A stretch of 64,000 nucleotides of DNA from Oikopleura dioica. Its lineage: Eukaryota; Animalia; Chordata. This document shows positions 26,585 through 38,900 of the stretch, piece by piece. The stretch is from contig OU015566.1 of NCBI GenBank assembly GCA_907165135.1, positions 12,648,001 through 12,712,000 of the forward strand, in the 5' to 3' direction. Positions within the stretch are counted from its first letter, which is position 1, and each line of letters begins with the position of its first letter. The position numbers were made by a program, and so were the translations under genes. The notes under the pieces are model-generated. The model saw only the letters and a list, made by a program, of their open reading frames with translations, did no database searches and was not told the DNA's origin.

Positions 26585-29500
26585 TCACAATCCTTTGTTG
26601 TAAAACGCCTTTATACGGGGGTCAAGGTTGAGCTCTGGCTCCAACGATCCGCCTAGGATCTCCGATTGTTGCTTGAAGAGTGCACAGGTCAGCGGATTGC
26701 CGATCAGGAGACCCAAACCAACGAGAGCGACTTGCGCTGCGGGCGCGCCAACCTTTTTGAGGATACTCAATTTTAAATGAGAGCAGTCTTTGTTTCTATA
26801 TTCCAGGGCGATTCAGAACGAAAGCATAATTAGCCTCTATCCCGCCCGGTGTGATCTTTAAAACGCAAACACTAATTAATTCAATGTCACCTTCGAGCTT
26901 TATTGCTGATCAAAGAAACCGCCCAATTTCGGCATTCCAAAGAATACCCTTGCATCTTTCTACGAGGTGTTTATGATACAGTTACATAAAAAGAACCCTC
27001 GTCAGAAATTGTCAGAACTCGAGATTGATTGGAAATTTACAGCACTCGTGATCATCATGACGAAATGTCATGATCCCTTCGCAAAGCGATAAGCCTAGGC
27101 ATGAGGCCGCGTGTCTGGGAAAATTCTAGGGATCTATTTTTGAAGCGTTAATGCATCGCTCAATTTCTGCTTCAAATTGGCTTTAGCGATTGTGGGGATT
27201 TATCCTTTTCTCCGAACTTTTAATAAAGTCTAAGCAAATGTTTTATATAACACCCGGCAAGTTACATTCTTTCACAAAAAAGTATTGGATATTGTTAATA
27301 GAGTGACGTCAAACACTGTCGGTGTCCTTTGGGAGTCATTACTACGTAAAGCTCAAGCTCCTTTTTTAATTTCCATATTTGGCAAATAAAAAGTGAATTG
27401 CAGGAAGCATCGAGCCATAAACTTGATTCAAAGGATGATTGCCGGGTTATCAATGAAAGTTGATTTTTATAAGGCTGATTTATAAAGCCGGCAACCGCAA
27501 ATGCAAAGATATGATTTGGACACACGATATTCAATATATCAGATAAAAATGGACGTCTGTTTATGGAAAAAATACGGCGAATAAAAGCAAAAGCTAATCA
27601 AAATAATGAGTGAGGCAGTCTCGGAGACAATTGTCTTGGATAATTTAAAACTTTTTATTCGATTAAATGAAGCATTAATTATATAAACTGCCGACTTTCA
27701 GACTCTTGAGTAAAACGATTCGACGAACTCATGAGAATACAAATTCCAAGGACTACCAACTACAGGTACCAACTACCAGGTAGGCCAGTTTTTGTTGCAA
27801 TTAAAGAGAACTTTCGAACGTTACGTAACAGTGTCAATACCGCATGACCTGGCGGCAAAAGCGAATTGAATCAGACAGACTGTCCGAATTGAAGTGCTAT
27901 CAGAAAGACAAACTTCTGGTCCGGCACACCCAAGAAGTCAATGTTTGAATTTTAATGTCATTTCCCGCAAAGCCATCTTTCGAAAGTCAGTTGCTGGTAA
28001 ATAGAAAATGAAGGGTCAGCATTCATGTGATCGATTTTACCGCAGAAATTCTGTAGAAACGTTATGCAGCTTTTACACAATTTAAAACTCGATAACCTTT
28101 CCCAGAAAACTCTCACAGAAAAGCTAGAATTTATGACAACGGTACTCATTTTTTCGAAAACGAGCAGTCGGTAGTTACGTGGACTGTCACATGGCTACAA
28201 CTCGGTCCAAAAAGGGATAAACAAAAAACATCTCGTGATGAAGAAGTTGGAGCATGTGATTACGCAACAAGAATTGCAGTAGTGAAAGATCGCGTGATCG
28301 TAGTGAACAACCGGGCCGCGGGCCGCCCTTGGGCTGTTCTTGTTCAGGAAAAGCATTTGAACTTTTGATGAGCTTCTAAGTGAAATACTGCTTTATCATC
28401 GCAAACATTTTAATTCTATGGCATAATCAGTTTTCTGCCTAAGTCTGAGATATCATACGATGATATTCATAGATAGGAAATTGTCGTCAACGGATGACAA
28501 ATTTATATTTACGAAGGGAAAGCTGAAAAAGGATGGACCGGAAGTAGTTAGCACTTTATAATAATGGAAATTCCAATAAAGGATGACAATAAGTCATTCA
28601 AATTATACCCCTCGAAAAAACATGAAAACATCTTGTTAACTTGCATCAGTCCGGACTTGGAATACTCATCCTTTTCATGCAATTTTAAACAAGCAGCTCA
28701 TCCCTTTTAATCTCTCCCGTCCACAAAAATTCTTCAAATCCATTCAAGTTCAGGATTTGGCACGTCTTAGTAACTAACGCTCTAAGCGATTTCGGAAGCG
28801 GCAAATTGAAAGGAAGATTCTCTTCCTTGATTTCATTATTTTTTCAGTATCCATCCCTTAGATTTGGCGAGCGCTGGGAACCTCTTCTCCAAGAAGATCA
28901 TTCCCAAAAGTGGCAGAACCATGGCGGGTATCGCGCAGCTAATTCGTTGCACTTTTCAATGCTGTTTTATTTGTTCAAAAAGAGTATAAAGCCGAAGGTC
29001 TAACAACATTCCTATGACTTGTCCGACCGCTCTTTGTGCAGCTATTGATGACTTCCCAAGTTCATTTCCATTTTCGTCGAGCACAGGAATGCCATTTTTA
29101 ATTTCATTTGAGCGCATCAGGGACGTATTCAGCACATTTGCAGCGCAAACGGCGAAGAAAGGGGATAATCGTGCCATTGACTTTGGAGCAAACTGAATGA
29201 AAAGCACATCAGCGAGGGGTTAGATTCTCTGAGTTTTCTTCAAAATTGAGTCAGATACGGGTAATTTATTTTTTCTTTATAAGGGGATTTTGAGATCGAA
29301 GATTCTTTTGGATCTCCACTTAGATTCTTCCTCAAAGAAACTAGAATAAGTAACTGCCAAGGTCTCCCATTTGAAAAGTCAAGATGCCCTCGTAAAGCGT
29401 CAGACTCTGACAGTAAAAATATGGCATGTTCTTTTTATCTATTCAATATGCATTTTAATGCTATTTGCCAAGTTACCTTTTTAATGCCGAGCGCGGTCCC

Positions 29501-30188
29501 GCTTGCCAAGGTCGTTGCACCCAGGAAGTTTCTTGACAGCTCTGTCGTGGAAATTGCAGCATCTCCGCTTCTATTCGTGAAATTTACAACTGCATTTACT
29601 GACTGATTCGCGAGCTGCCAGAAGATCACTTGTTGGGGCGTGCTTTGGTATGCCAACATTGCTCCGGTGATGAGCATGTTTCCAGGAACCTATAAAGAAA
29701 AATGGTGAAAGCTCATCAAAACATGTTATTTGGCGCCTGAGAAGGCATTTTGATGTTTTACGGACTTTCAAACTGGACAGGCTATAAAAACGAAAATTAT
29801 TGCTTTTACACCTAAACGTCTAAAAGTACCAAAAAGACTCGACTTTGAACTTACCCAAAACGACATTCGCCCCGGTAGGAACATTTTCTCCCCAGTATCA
29901 GGGTGGAAAGCCGAGTCATGCTCGTATTTGGCTTTCCAAAGCTGCTCGTTCGTCAATCCCAAATCCTCTCCTTAGTTTTTGTTTGAAGGGGTCAAAAACA
30001 AAATTCGCCCTACCGTTTTGGTGACGAGTTACAACATCCTTCGCGTTCTGCAACTGAGAGTCTGTGAGAAGCGCGTTTCGCGGATCTGTGAGTTTGCAAA
30101 AATGAAACACTCTGCCAGAATAAGTTTCTTGGTCGAACTCTGCATTTTTGAGATTTATCCTGTTCGCGGAATTGGAAGTTTCGCCCAT
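26585..30188 (-). CDS. SFXN1: Sideroflexin (SFXN1/3-like mitochondrial carrier)
   Basis: [90 protein letters not shown] and terminal FYNKGL*. Last exon lies beyond a ~2.1-kb intron. Confidence 0.93.
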
Positions 30189-30329
30189 TCAAAATCTATT
30201 ACAATTCAAGGCTGATTTATATTCAATTTGAATAATTTTAATTTATACTAAAATAACAAAACTTTGAACAGAGGTTTACAGAAAATAAAGCAGTTGGTAA
30301 AGCGATTTTGAAAACGACTTTTTTCGTTT

Positions 30330-33300
30330 TCAGATTTGGTTGAATAAGGACTTTTTCATCTTTTGAGCTTTTGGCGTGTCTGGTGCTGTCTTTTGTCGCT
30401 TTGGGAAGCTGCCCGCTCCGTCTAATCGGTAGATTTTTATTAATTGGCTCTAGGAAGGAAAGATTGCTTACCTGACTGTCTTTTTCGGTTTTCCTTTTCC
30501 GCAGCTTGGAAAGTCATTGGCTTCGAAAAAGCGTCTCCTTTTGATAAACTCGCGAAAGCTTGGCCGAATCGGTCTTTTCGCTAAAAAAGGCAGGTAAGGC
30601 CGGTACCGTATTAACTTTATTTACCCCTCGTTATGTAACATTACGAGGTTATGCTAAGTTAATCGTAAACCCGCGTAAACTAACCTTCTGATTTGCACCC
30701 TTAGCAAAACTATTCTTTTTGCGCTTTGTAGTTAACTTGACAGCCGTCCCAGAGGAAAATAACGATGACTGAGTATTTGTGAAAAGACTCTCTTGGGTCT
30801 CTTGATCGACGAGAAGCTCCCGTTCGAGTTTTTGCTTCAATCTTAATTTTTAATTAATAAATTTAGTATTTTCAAATAAAACGCCGTTCTTACCGGTCAG
30901 ATTCCTCGTTTTGCAGGGCTTTGACTTTTTCTTCGTCGACTTCTCCTTCATCAGAAGATCCGTCGTTACCATCGTTGTCGAAGCCGTCGTTGTTGATGAC
31001 CCACTTGTACTTGCTTTTTCTCGCCTGCGCCATCGCTACATCATCGTTGTATTTTCCTTCGATTCTGGCGATGATTTCCTCGTCCTCATCTCGAACGAGT
31101 TTGTTGTGCACCTTTTGGATCTCTTTTTCCATCTTCCTTTGACTGGGAAGGACTTCCGTGATCTCTTCATGCTCGTATTCGTCAAGTCCTTCTTCGTTTT
31201 CGTCGTCAGATACTTTGGCCCCGTCATCAGATAGTTCTGCTTCATCGGCTTCGGCAAACTGGTTCATCGAAAATCCAGGTTTTGGCTTTTTTGCTTTTGG
31301 CTTGACTTTTTTCTTGACGATGACCAGATTATCATCTTCGTCGGAGTCTAAGTTTTCAGGAGGTAGTTCTGGCTCGTCGTCGATAGGGTTCGATTTGGTG
31401 CTGCCTTGAAGAGACGCATTCAATATATCAATATCCGGCAGTGGAAGGGAATCATTCTTTTGCCGAGCATTTGTGTCTTCTGTCAATGTTTCTACCTCTT
31501 CATGATCATCGAGGTCCATTAGGTCCCGCGAGTCGTTCATATCTGAACCAAAGCCGAGAGACACGCAAGCTGCAATTGATCTCGTTGGACTATTGGTATT
31601 TGAATCGGCGTTCTTTGGTCCATTCTTTCCCATCATGGCGGCAAAATCTGCATCGCCCTCCTCGTCATCAGATCCACAAAGAGCTGCTAATGCTTGAGTG
31701 TCTTGGGTTTGCGAATCTGGCCCATTGCAGAGGTCATTTACTCCTTGCTGAAAGAAAAATAAGAACCGGAAACAGGAAAATGGAAAACACAAAGTAGCAA
31801 AATGGTTAGTCAAGAAAAAAACGATCAAGATCAAGAACGAACAAGATCTTACTTTCAACTTCTTTCGCTAGAAAAGACACCTTAGCACTTGATTCGCCTT
31901 TATGTACCTGTACATCATGTGCATCATTAGCATCTTCTTGCGCCAGAAACTCCTGCAGAAGATGATCTTCTGCTGATTGAGAGGGCTGGCTTTTGAACAT
32001 ATTATCACAGTCAGGCGTCTGCGTGTTTCCTCGACTCATTTGGCTCTCGGTGTTTTCGTCGAAATCAAAATCGAAGCTGAAGTTTCCAGGGCTTTGGTAT
32101 CGATAAGGCACTGACAGTGATTCAGAGGGAGTTGGTGTATCGAAGGATTTTGAACTGATGCTTGAGAGACGATCTGGGGTAGCTGGGAGCGGCTGAAAAG
32201 ATGGATAAGTGGATGAAAAGGGATGATTTTTTAACCTGAGCCGCCGTCTGTTGCATTGTCGCGTTTTGATAGTTATTCTTTGCCGTAAGTCTGCTCATTT
32301 GATTGTAAGGATTGCAGCTGCTCGAGGTCGACATCTGTGAGGTAGTATCGGAATCGACATTATTCTGAAACGGCTCTGGAACTTGCTCTTCATCTTCATC
32401 AGAACTTTCCAAGATTTTTCGCGCCTTCTTATCGCGTTTCTTCTTTCGCCGCTTTTTCATCTTTGGTGGCGATTTATCAGCCATATTTTCGTCTTGAGAG
32501 TCTTTTTCGTCGTTTGAATCTTCTTGATCATTTTTACTTTTCCGGGTTTGCACTTTTGTCGATCAAATTAGCTCATTTAAAAAAATAGAGTTCAAAAAAT
32601 GAAATTTGAAGAGTTTCAAAGCTACTTTCGATTCCATGCTTTTCCCAGCGGTAAAGAAGAACAGGAAGAGTACTGGGAAATGTGGTCCGATATAAAAACT
32701 ATCCGCGGACGGGTCCTCTCGAAGGACCAGAGAGATAATGATTCTATGCGAGTTTACAATGGATTCAGCCTTTTCACGATTCTAGGACGGAAGAACGAGT
32801 TTCGAAACGTCCAGGTAAAAATGGCCCCTCAAAAAGATAGAAGTTTAACTTATTCAGTGTATGGACGAGGTGTTTCTTTACGGATTGCCGGCGACTCCAC
32901 GCGATCATACTCTCTTACGGTAGGCCCTTTTCTCTGGGATTTTCTCATAACGCATGTTTTTCAGCAATTTGACATCCGTTCTCAAGCGGACCGACTCATC
33001 CGAGGCCATTGCCGATTCTGACTCTGAGAATGACACGGATACTTCTGCCGAATTCATGTCCGATACTGCTTCGAGTGGAAAGCCTTCGACTTCTTCTAGC
33101 TCTAGCTCAAGCAGTTCTAGCTCTCTAGCCTCTTCTGACGACGAAAAACACGAGGGTTTTCAGCAGCGGACACTTTCAGACTCGGATGAGGATTTCTCCT
33201 ATGTTTCTAAAGTTCCAGAATCTCCAAAAACGAGCGAAAAGCAAGAGAAAAAGTCGCCTCCTTCCAGCTCGGGTCCTTCATCAAAAATCCCTCGCCTCAC

Positions 33301-35335
33301 TCTTCGACGAAACATCAACGGGCATTATTCCAAGGTCGAAAAATAATTCTCAAGTTTTCTCTAAAATTATCAAACCGTGCCTTTGATTAGTTTCGTCATT
33401 TTCTTCTTTATCAGTGCTTTCTTCATCTCCTTCTTCGCCGGATTCGCTTTCTGATGAGTCCAGAGCGTCTTTTCCTGGTTGAAATTTATCAAGACCATAA
33501 AGAACATTAGAATGAGAACTATTAGAAATTATTTTGAACGGTTGGTTTTCAGATCAATGACTACACACTCTGCTCTAGTGCCCATGAGAGTATTATTTGT
33601 TTTAATTTATAAGATCTACCTAAACCTACTGCAAAGTTTCAAATTCAAGCCACTTGAAGATCATGATCCCTAAGGGGACCCGCTAACTTTTCAACCAAGC
33701 CTGGAGGATGCTCATTTTCGAGCTCCTTATCAATTTTATCGAGATAATTGTCCTCGTCCATTTCTTCTTGAGCTTTTAGCCGTTCTTGCTCTTCTTTAAA
33801 ATTTCGCATCCTCTCAGCTCGCAAATTCTCCCATAATTGTTGTTTTAACCCTGTTAATTTTGACTAAAGAAATCATCTTCAACTCTTATTCTTCATCTTT
33901 TTCATACCTTTTTATTTTTCAAACTGTGGAAAATTTCCTCATCTTCATTTTTAACTTCGACGCGAATTATCTTTTCTGAAATTTCACTTTCTCGAAATCA
34001 AATAAACCCAAATTCCAAAAACCTTTGATTTCTACAATTTCTCCGACGTCATTTTTGACCGCTTCAGTAACTTTGGTGCACATCTTTTTCGGCGATTTTT
34101 TTTTCGTCAGATGCTTGACCATTTTCTTTTGCAAATCGGACATTTTTGGATTCAACTGGAGAAAGCCCTGGCCGGGTGTTGGCGCTTTAGCCGCGGCGAG
34201 TGCGGCTATGCGGGCTTTTTTCGCGGCTATTCGGGCTTGTTTATCGGAGATAGAGGGATTTTGATCTGGAGCGGGATTCTTTTGGGATTCGGCAGTGGGA
34301 TTCGGGTTTTCAGAATCGGCATTTGAAATTTGCGAGGTCTGGTTTTCAGAAACAGCGGGAATTGGCTTTTTTGGCTTTGAACTTTTCGGCGGTGACATTT
34401 GATCTTGAAAAAAATAATAGTTTTTGCTGAAGAAATTAGGGCTCGGCTCGGCAACCTGTGTAGAAAACCTAACTCAGGGTCTGAAAGGTCCCTAATGATA
34501 AGTTGGCTATTTCAAACCCTGACTCAGGTTTTCAACACAGGCTGCGGAGCTCAGGAGAAAGATTTACCTAATGAGAAAACTTTTTGATGTCGAGGTAGTT
34601 TAATTTCCGTTTCTCTGAGCAATCGAGCTTGTTCTGCTTTTGCATCTTCGTGCTCTTCTCTCATACGAATTTGGCGATCACGGAAGGACTCTTCTTCTTG
34701 TTGAACGGGTCGTTTTGGCTTTTTTGACTTAGAACTCTTAGGAGCTGCTGCTGAACTAGATGTTTCCATCATTTCATCGTCCGATCCACTTTGCTGAGTT
34801 GGAAGAGGAGCTGAGCCGCGGAATATTCTCACTGGCTCATCGTCGGAATCGGAATTGTCGGAGTTGTCCGAATCTTCTGGGCGATCCCCGTCGAGTTTTG
34901 TTGCTTCGTTTTCAGAACCTGAGTCGATAGGTCTGGAATCCATCGATTCTTCCTCATTCTCTGCTTTGTCTTCTGACTTTCTTTTGATCCTGACTTCGCT
35001 GTCCGTGTCCGAGTCTGACGAAGAAGAACTGCTCGGGCGGGATTCTGGATCGCTGTGGATAATCGGCCCCTGATTCGTGTCGGAATCGTCTGAATCTGGG
35101 AATCTACTTGCTTTTGAAGAATCGCCATCAAGTGAGACATTCGCAAAGGTCTTTTTCAACGATGCTTCTTGTGATTCTTGAGATGATGGTAATCCAACAA
35201 TACTGTCGATTTTTTCGAGCGCGTCGAAAATCCCATCTAAAATTCAAATTCTTTATCCCTTGGAAACAAAGGGTGTTTACCTTGCGACCCCTGTGAGTCC
35301 TGACAATCATCATCACTGAAGTTGACTTCATTCAT
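30330..35335 (-). CDS. CLSPN: Claspin (replication checkpoint adaptor)
   Basis: Acidic multi-exon frame: EQARLLRETEIKLPRHQ (N-terminal conserved block), KLTGLKQQLWENLRAERMR, and FAEADEAELSDD..DEYEHEEITEVLPSQRKMEKEIQKVH (MRC1-like domain). Starts MNEVNFSDDD, ends KKSLFNQI*. Confidence 0.82.
32599..33346 (+). CDS. Uncharacterised 219-aa protein encoded antisense inside a Claspin intron
   Basis: Exons 32599-32814, 32858-32919, 32965-33346, joined by 43- and 45-bp GT-AG introns with matching phases (0, 2). Globular-looking N-terminal ~100 aa plus Ser/acidic tail. Confidence 0.75.
34447..34549. repeat. Degenerate fold-back (MITE relic) in a Claspin intron
   Basis: 40-bp inverted arms (ctcggcaacctgtgtagaaaacctaactcagggtctgaaa vs rc ctccgcagcctgtgttgaaaacctgagtcagggtttgaaa), 34/40 identical. 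No clear TSD. Confidence 0.6.
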
Positions 35336-35920
35336 AATAATGTTACTGTATTTTCTTCTCTTTCACATCGAAATATTTACTCTTTTCAGCTCTAGAAATC
35401 CTTTTTCAGTGGCTTTTTCGGATGCCCTTCTTGATGAAAGAATATTTTTCTCTTCCGCTCAGCAAATATAGAAAAAAAGCTTGTCAACTGAAAAAATACA
35501 TTTTCTTCTTTTTGAGAAATTAGCGCGCAACGGAACGGGCGCGCAAAAAAATTGGCGCCTTGGCCAATCAACACGGATCCGGGCGATTTGAATTTTGTTC
35601 TACTTCCATACAGCTGGCGATTTCAACCCTTTTCCATGGTCCGTTTCGCGATTGAAATAACTCATTCTTGAGCCCGATATCTGAGCTTTCCGATGGTGAC
35701 AGTTTTGACAGAACATTTTCGACTCAAAATGATGGAATTTCGAGTCAAATGAAGACCGAAAAAATCTTCTAGACATGATTTCTAGACAGACTTTTCTTCG
35801 GAGGAAAATCGGCTCCGCCCTGGAGCGAGAAAATTTGCAATGAAGACATCTGATTGGCCCGCTTCTTTCCACGGAGTGAACGCACTCGCCGTCCGGCTAG
35901 AGAGCGAACGCCGACGGAAA
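35336..35920. promoter_or_regulatory. Divergent (bidirectional) promoter region between Claspin and BBS7
   Basis: Head-to-head ATGs at 35335 and 35921. E2F-like TTGGCGCC/TTAGCGCGC, CCAAT and TTTGAA motifs cluster at ~35520-35595. Confidence 0.5.
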
Positions 35921-38900
35921 ATGCTTGAGACGCCGTATCACAGAAATGATATTTTGAAAACGAGCAGGATTTTGAAGGCGCAGACGCTCGATGGTCATCT
36001 TGCTGTGTTGACGAGAGAAAGTAAGTACAGAATCGCATGGTCATTTTTTATTCAAATTGTTCAGCATTTTTTTTTAAAGACAAAAATGCGTTTTGGTTCA
36101 TTTTCTAATCAATTTATTTGTTTCAGTATATTTTCAATATTCGGAATATACCTTTATCTTAGATGATGGCTCAACGAGTGTTGCCTCATTTTCAATACTG
36201 CCCCTCAGAATCGGACCATCCCCTTTTATAGCTTGAAAATTGATACGAATCTAAGATCAAAACAGTTATTTACTTGCCTACTTCATGGCCTCAATTTTCC
36301 ATCAGGGGAATGAACCAAACACTTGCTTCCAAACGGTTTCGTGAAATCTATAAATTATTTAATGAATTATTAATTTTTTATTCGAGAAAGATATTAGAAC
36401 CCAGAAATAATTGAGGGAATTGCTTCGGCATTTTCATTTTATCTCCATAATCATTTGATGATACCAGGTAGAGTTGACACATTTAAAAATCTTTTTCGTA
36501 CATTGTTTTCTTAGAAAGTCAAAAAGTTTTCATTTTTTTGGTGTGCCCAATCTTAGCAAGAGTCCCCTTTTTATACCGGCCTTAATGATAAACATCAAAC
36601 CCAAACCAAACCACTACAGTAAATTTTACGGCCTCAAAGAGGTCGTATCTATCAAAGGAATGAACAAAAAAAAAACAAATTCTCTTCAGATTTCCTGATC
36701 ATCTTCGCCGCAAAATACGGAAGCGTTCCGGAGCTCCGCGAAGTCTTCAGAAAGAAATTCAATCATGCGGTCGACTTCGCCGCCTTCGAATCCGACTACA
36801 TCATCGTGCTCAACTCCCAAGAACCGCACATCTCCCTCGTCCAGATTTTCAAAGAAAAAGTGATTTTCGAAGGAAACTGCAACTGCCAAGAACCAAGTCG
36901 AATTTACAATCTTCACGGGCGATTCGCCGTCATCGACAATACCAACTCAGTTTTCATCTGCGAACTGGCGAAGAAGAATATCAAGAATATCATCACGCTT
37001 GAAAATCGAATCCCAGTCGAGTGTATTCAAACCGTTTCAAAGAACAGCTTTATTATTTCGCTTAAAAATGGATTGGTTCATTTGTATCACGAGCACAAGA
37101 GCGAAGAGTTTATTAAAGGAGGGGTCAATATCGAAAATATTAGAGTTCAAAAATAATCCATTTGATAAGATACATTAATTGGGCGGAAGTTGGCTCTTGG
37201 AAAGTCTTTTGCTTAGGGAGGATGGAAAACATGAAACAATAAAAAAAGTTGAAAAATATTTTTTATTGTTTTATTTTGTTCATTTTCGCTTCATATTAGA
37301 AATGATGTTCTCTTGATTGTGAGAATTCTTTTAATACATCGTAATTCCGGAACATCTGCTATTTGTCCAAAGCTGGTGAACAGATCTACACAGGTTAGCT
37401 AAGTCAACTTTTAAGCCTTTGATCCATCTTTGTTTGGTGTTGAAGATCTAATGATAAGGAACACCATGGAAAAATATAGTTGAAAAAAAACGCCTGAGCA
37501 TCTCATCCCCTAAGACCTCAAATAAGAATCCTGCGAATTTCCCTCTGCCATGAAAAAGTTCCAACTGTACAACCCCCTCGACTGCCGCTACGCCTTCGCC
37601 TGTGCCGACGGAAAAATCTATCCGGGCAAGATCATCGTCTCCGATAAACTCACCTTCTCCTACGAAAAAGACTCGCCCCTCATCTTCGGGGAACACTGCG
37701 AACAAGGAGTGCAGCAATTTGTCTTCGCTGATTTCAACGGAGACAGCGAGAACGAGATCGCGGTACTGCGCGACGACTACAACATTCAAATCTGGCAGAT
37801 TTGGCAAAACGAGCCGGTTCTTTCTTTCTCCAGTACGGCGAAAGACAATCACGATTTCGGCTCCGTAGCGTTGATTTATTCGCCTCCGAGGAAGCGCAGA
37901 TCGCATTTGATAGTCGTTGCCACTTCCGGGTGGATCTTCTTTCTTGGAACTGAAAAAGAAAAGGCCAAACCCAATTCTGAAGAAATCTACAATGAAGTGA
38001 TCGAAGAAGTCACGAAGGTTCAAACTGCTATTGATCGAAAACAAACGTCGCAGAACGAGTGGATCATCCCGCCAAAGATCAACTGTCTCATGGAGATGAA
38101 GACTGTTGCCAGCTTGGCGCTCAAGAATCTCATCGTCGAGTGCGAAACGCCGATCGAAATGGTTCAAATTTGTTCAACGACGAGGGTGGAAGTGGTCGAG
38201 GATAAAAGTGGAAATGCCTTGTCGAACCAAGCAGTGATTACTGTCAATGACAGGCCTGGGCACGAGTGGCCGATGAGCATTTTATTCAGGTGCCAGGAAA
38301 AAGTCAAAGAAAAAGAACTAAAAATTGACCTCGACTGACCTCAAATGACCCCGGTACTGTCCTTATCGGACATAGTTCCATCAGGAAGGGTAGCAGACGG
38401 AGCCTTCTTGGCGCAGTTGGTTAGCGCGTCAGTCTCATAATCTGAAGGTCGTGAGTTCGAGCCTCACAGAGGGCATCCTACTTTTGCTTTTCTAGAATTA
38501 TTCATCCCTTTTTGACTTTTAAAAGGCAGGAACTAACCGGTTGGACATCAAACTCCGGCCAATTGAGGGCAAATCTGGCGATATTGAAGTCTTCTGCTTT
38601 CCATACTTGACGATCAACAAGATTATCTTGAAGGAATCCTTTCATTTGCCAGGTTTGATATCGAAAAAAGGGTTTCTTTGATGAGTGTTTGAAGCACTGA
38701 GTCTTCATTCTCCCGTGGCGAGTCTTGAAGATGTTGGTCAGTACAGTGAGCTGAAGGTTACAGGGGCCGGTTCACTAGGATTCTGAGAGTTCAATCGACT
38801 CTTGATTACAATTTTTGAACCGAATAATAGGATCGTTCAGCGCGAATATTATCACAAGTTGGCTAAATGACATCTTCATCGATCTTCCAATGGACACAAA

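Noticed and set aside
37550-38338. Stand-alone ITFG2/FG-GAP-like protein (ADFNGDSENEI motif)
   Set aside because: Downstream exons continue in BBS7 motif order (RCQ|AGTNRL..EVLKFF). The ORF is an internal BBS7 segment whose apparent stop lies in an intron.
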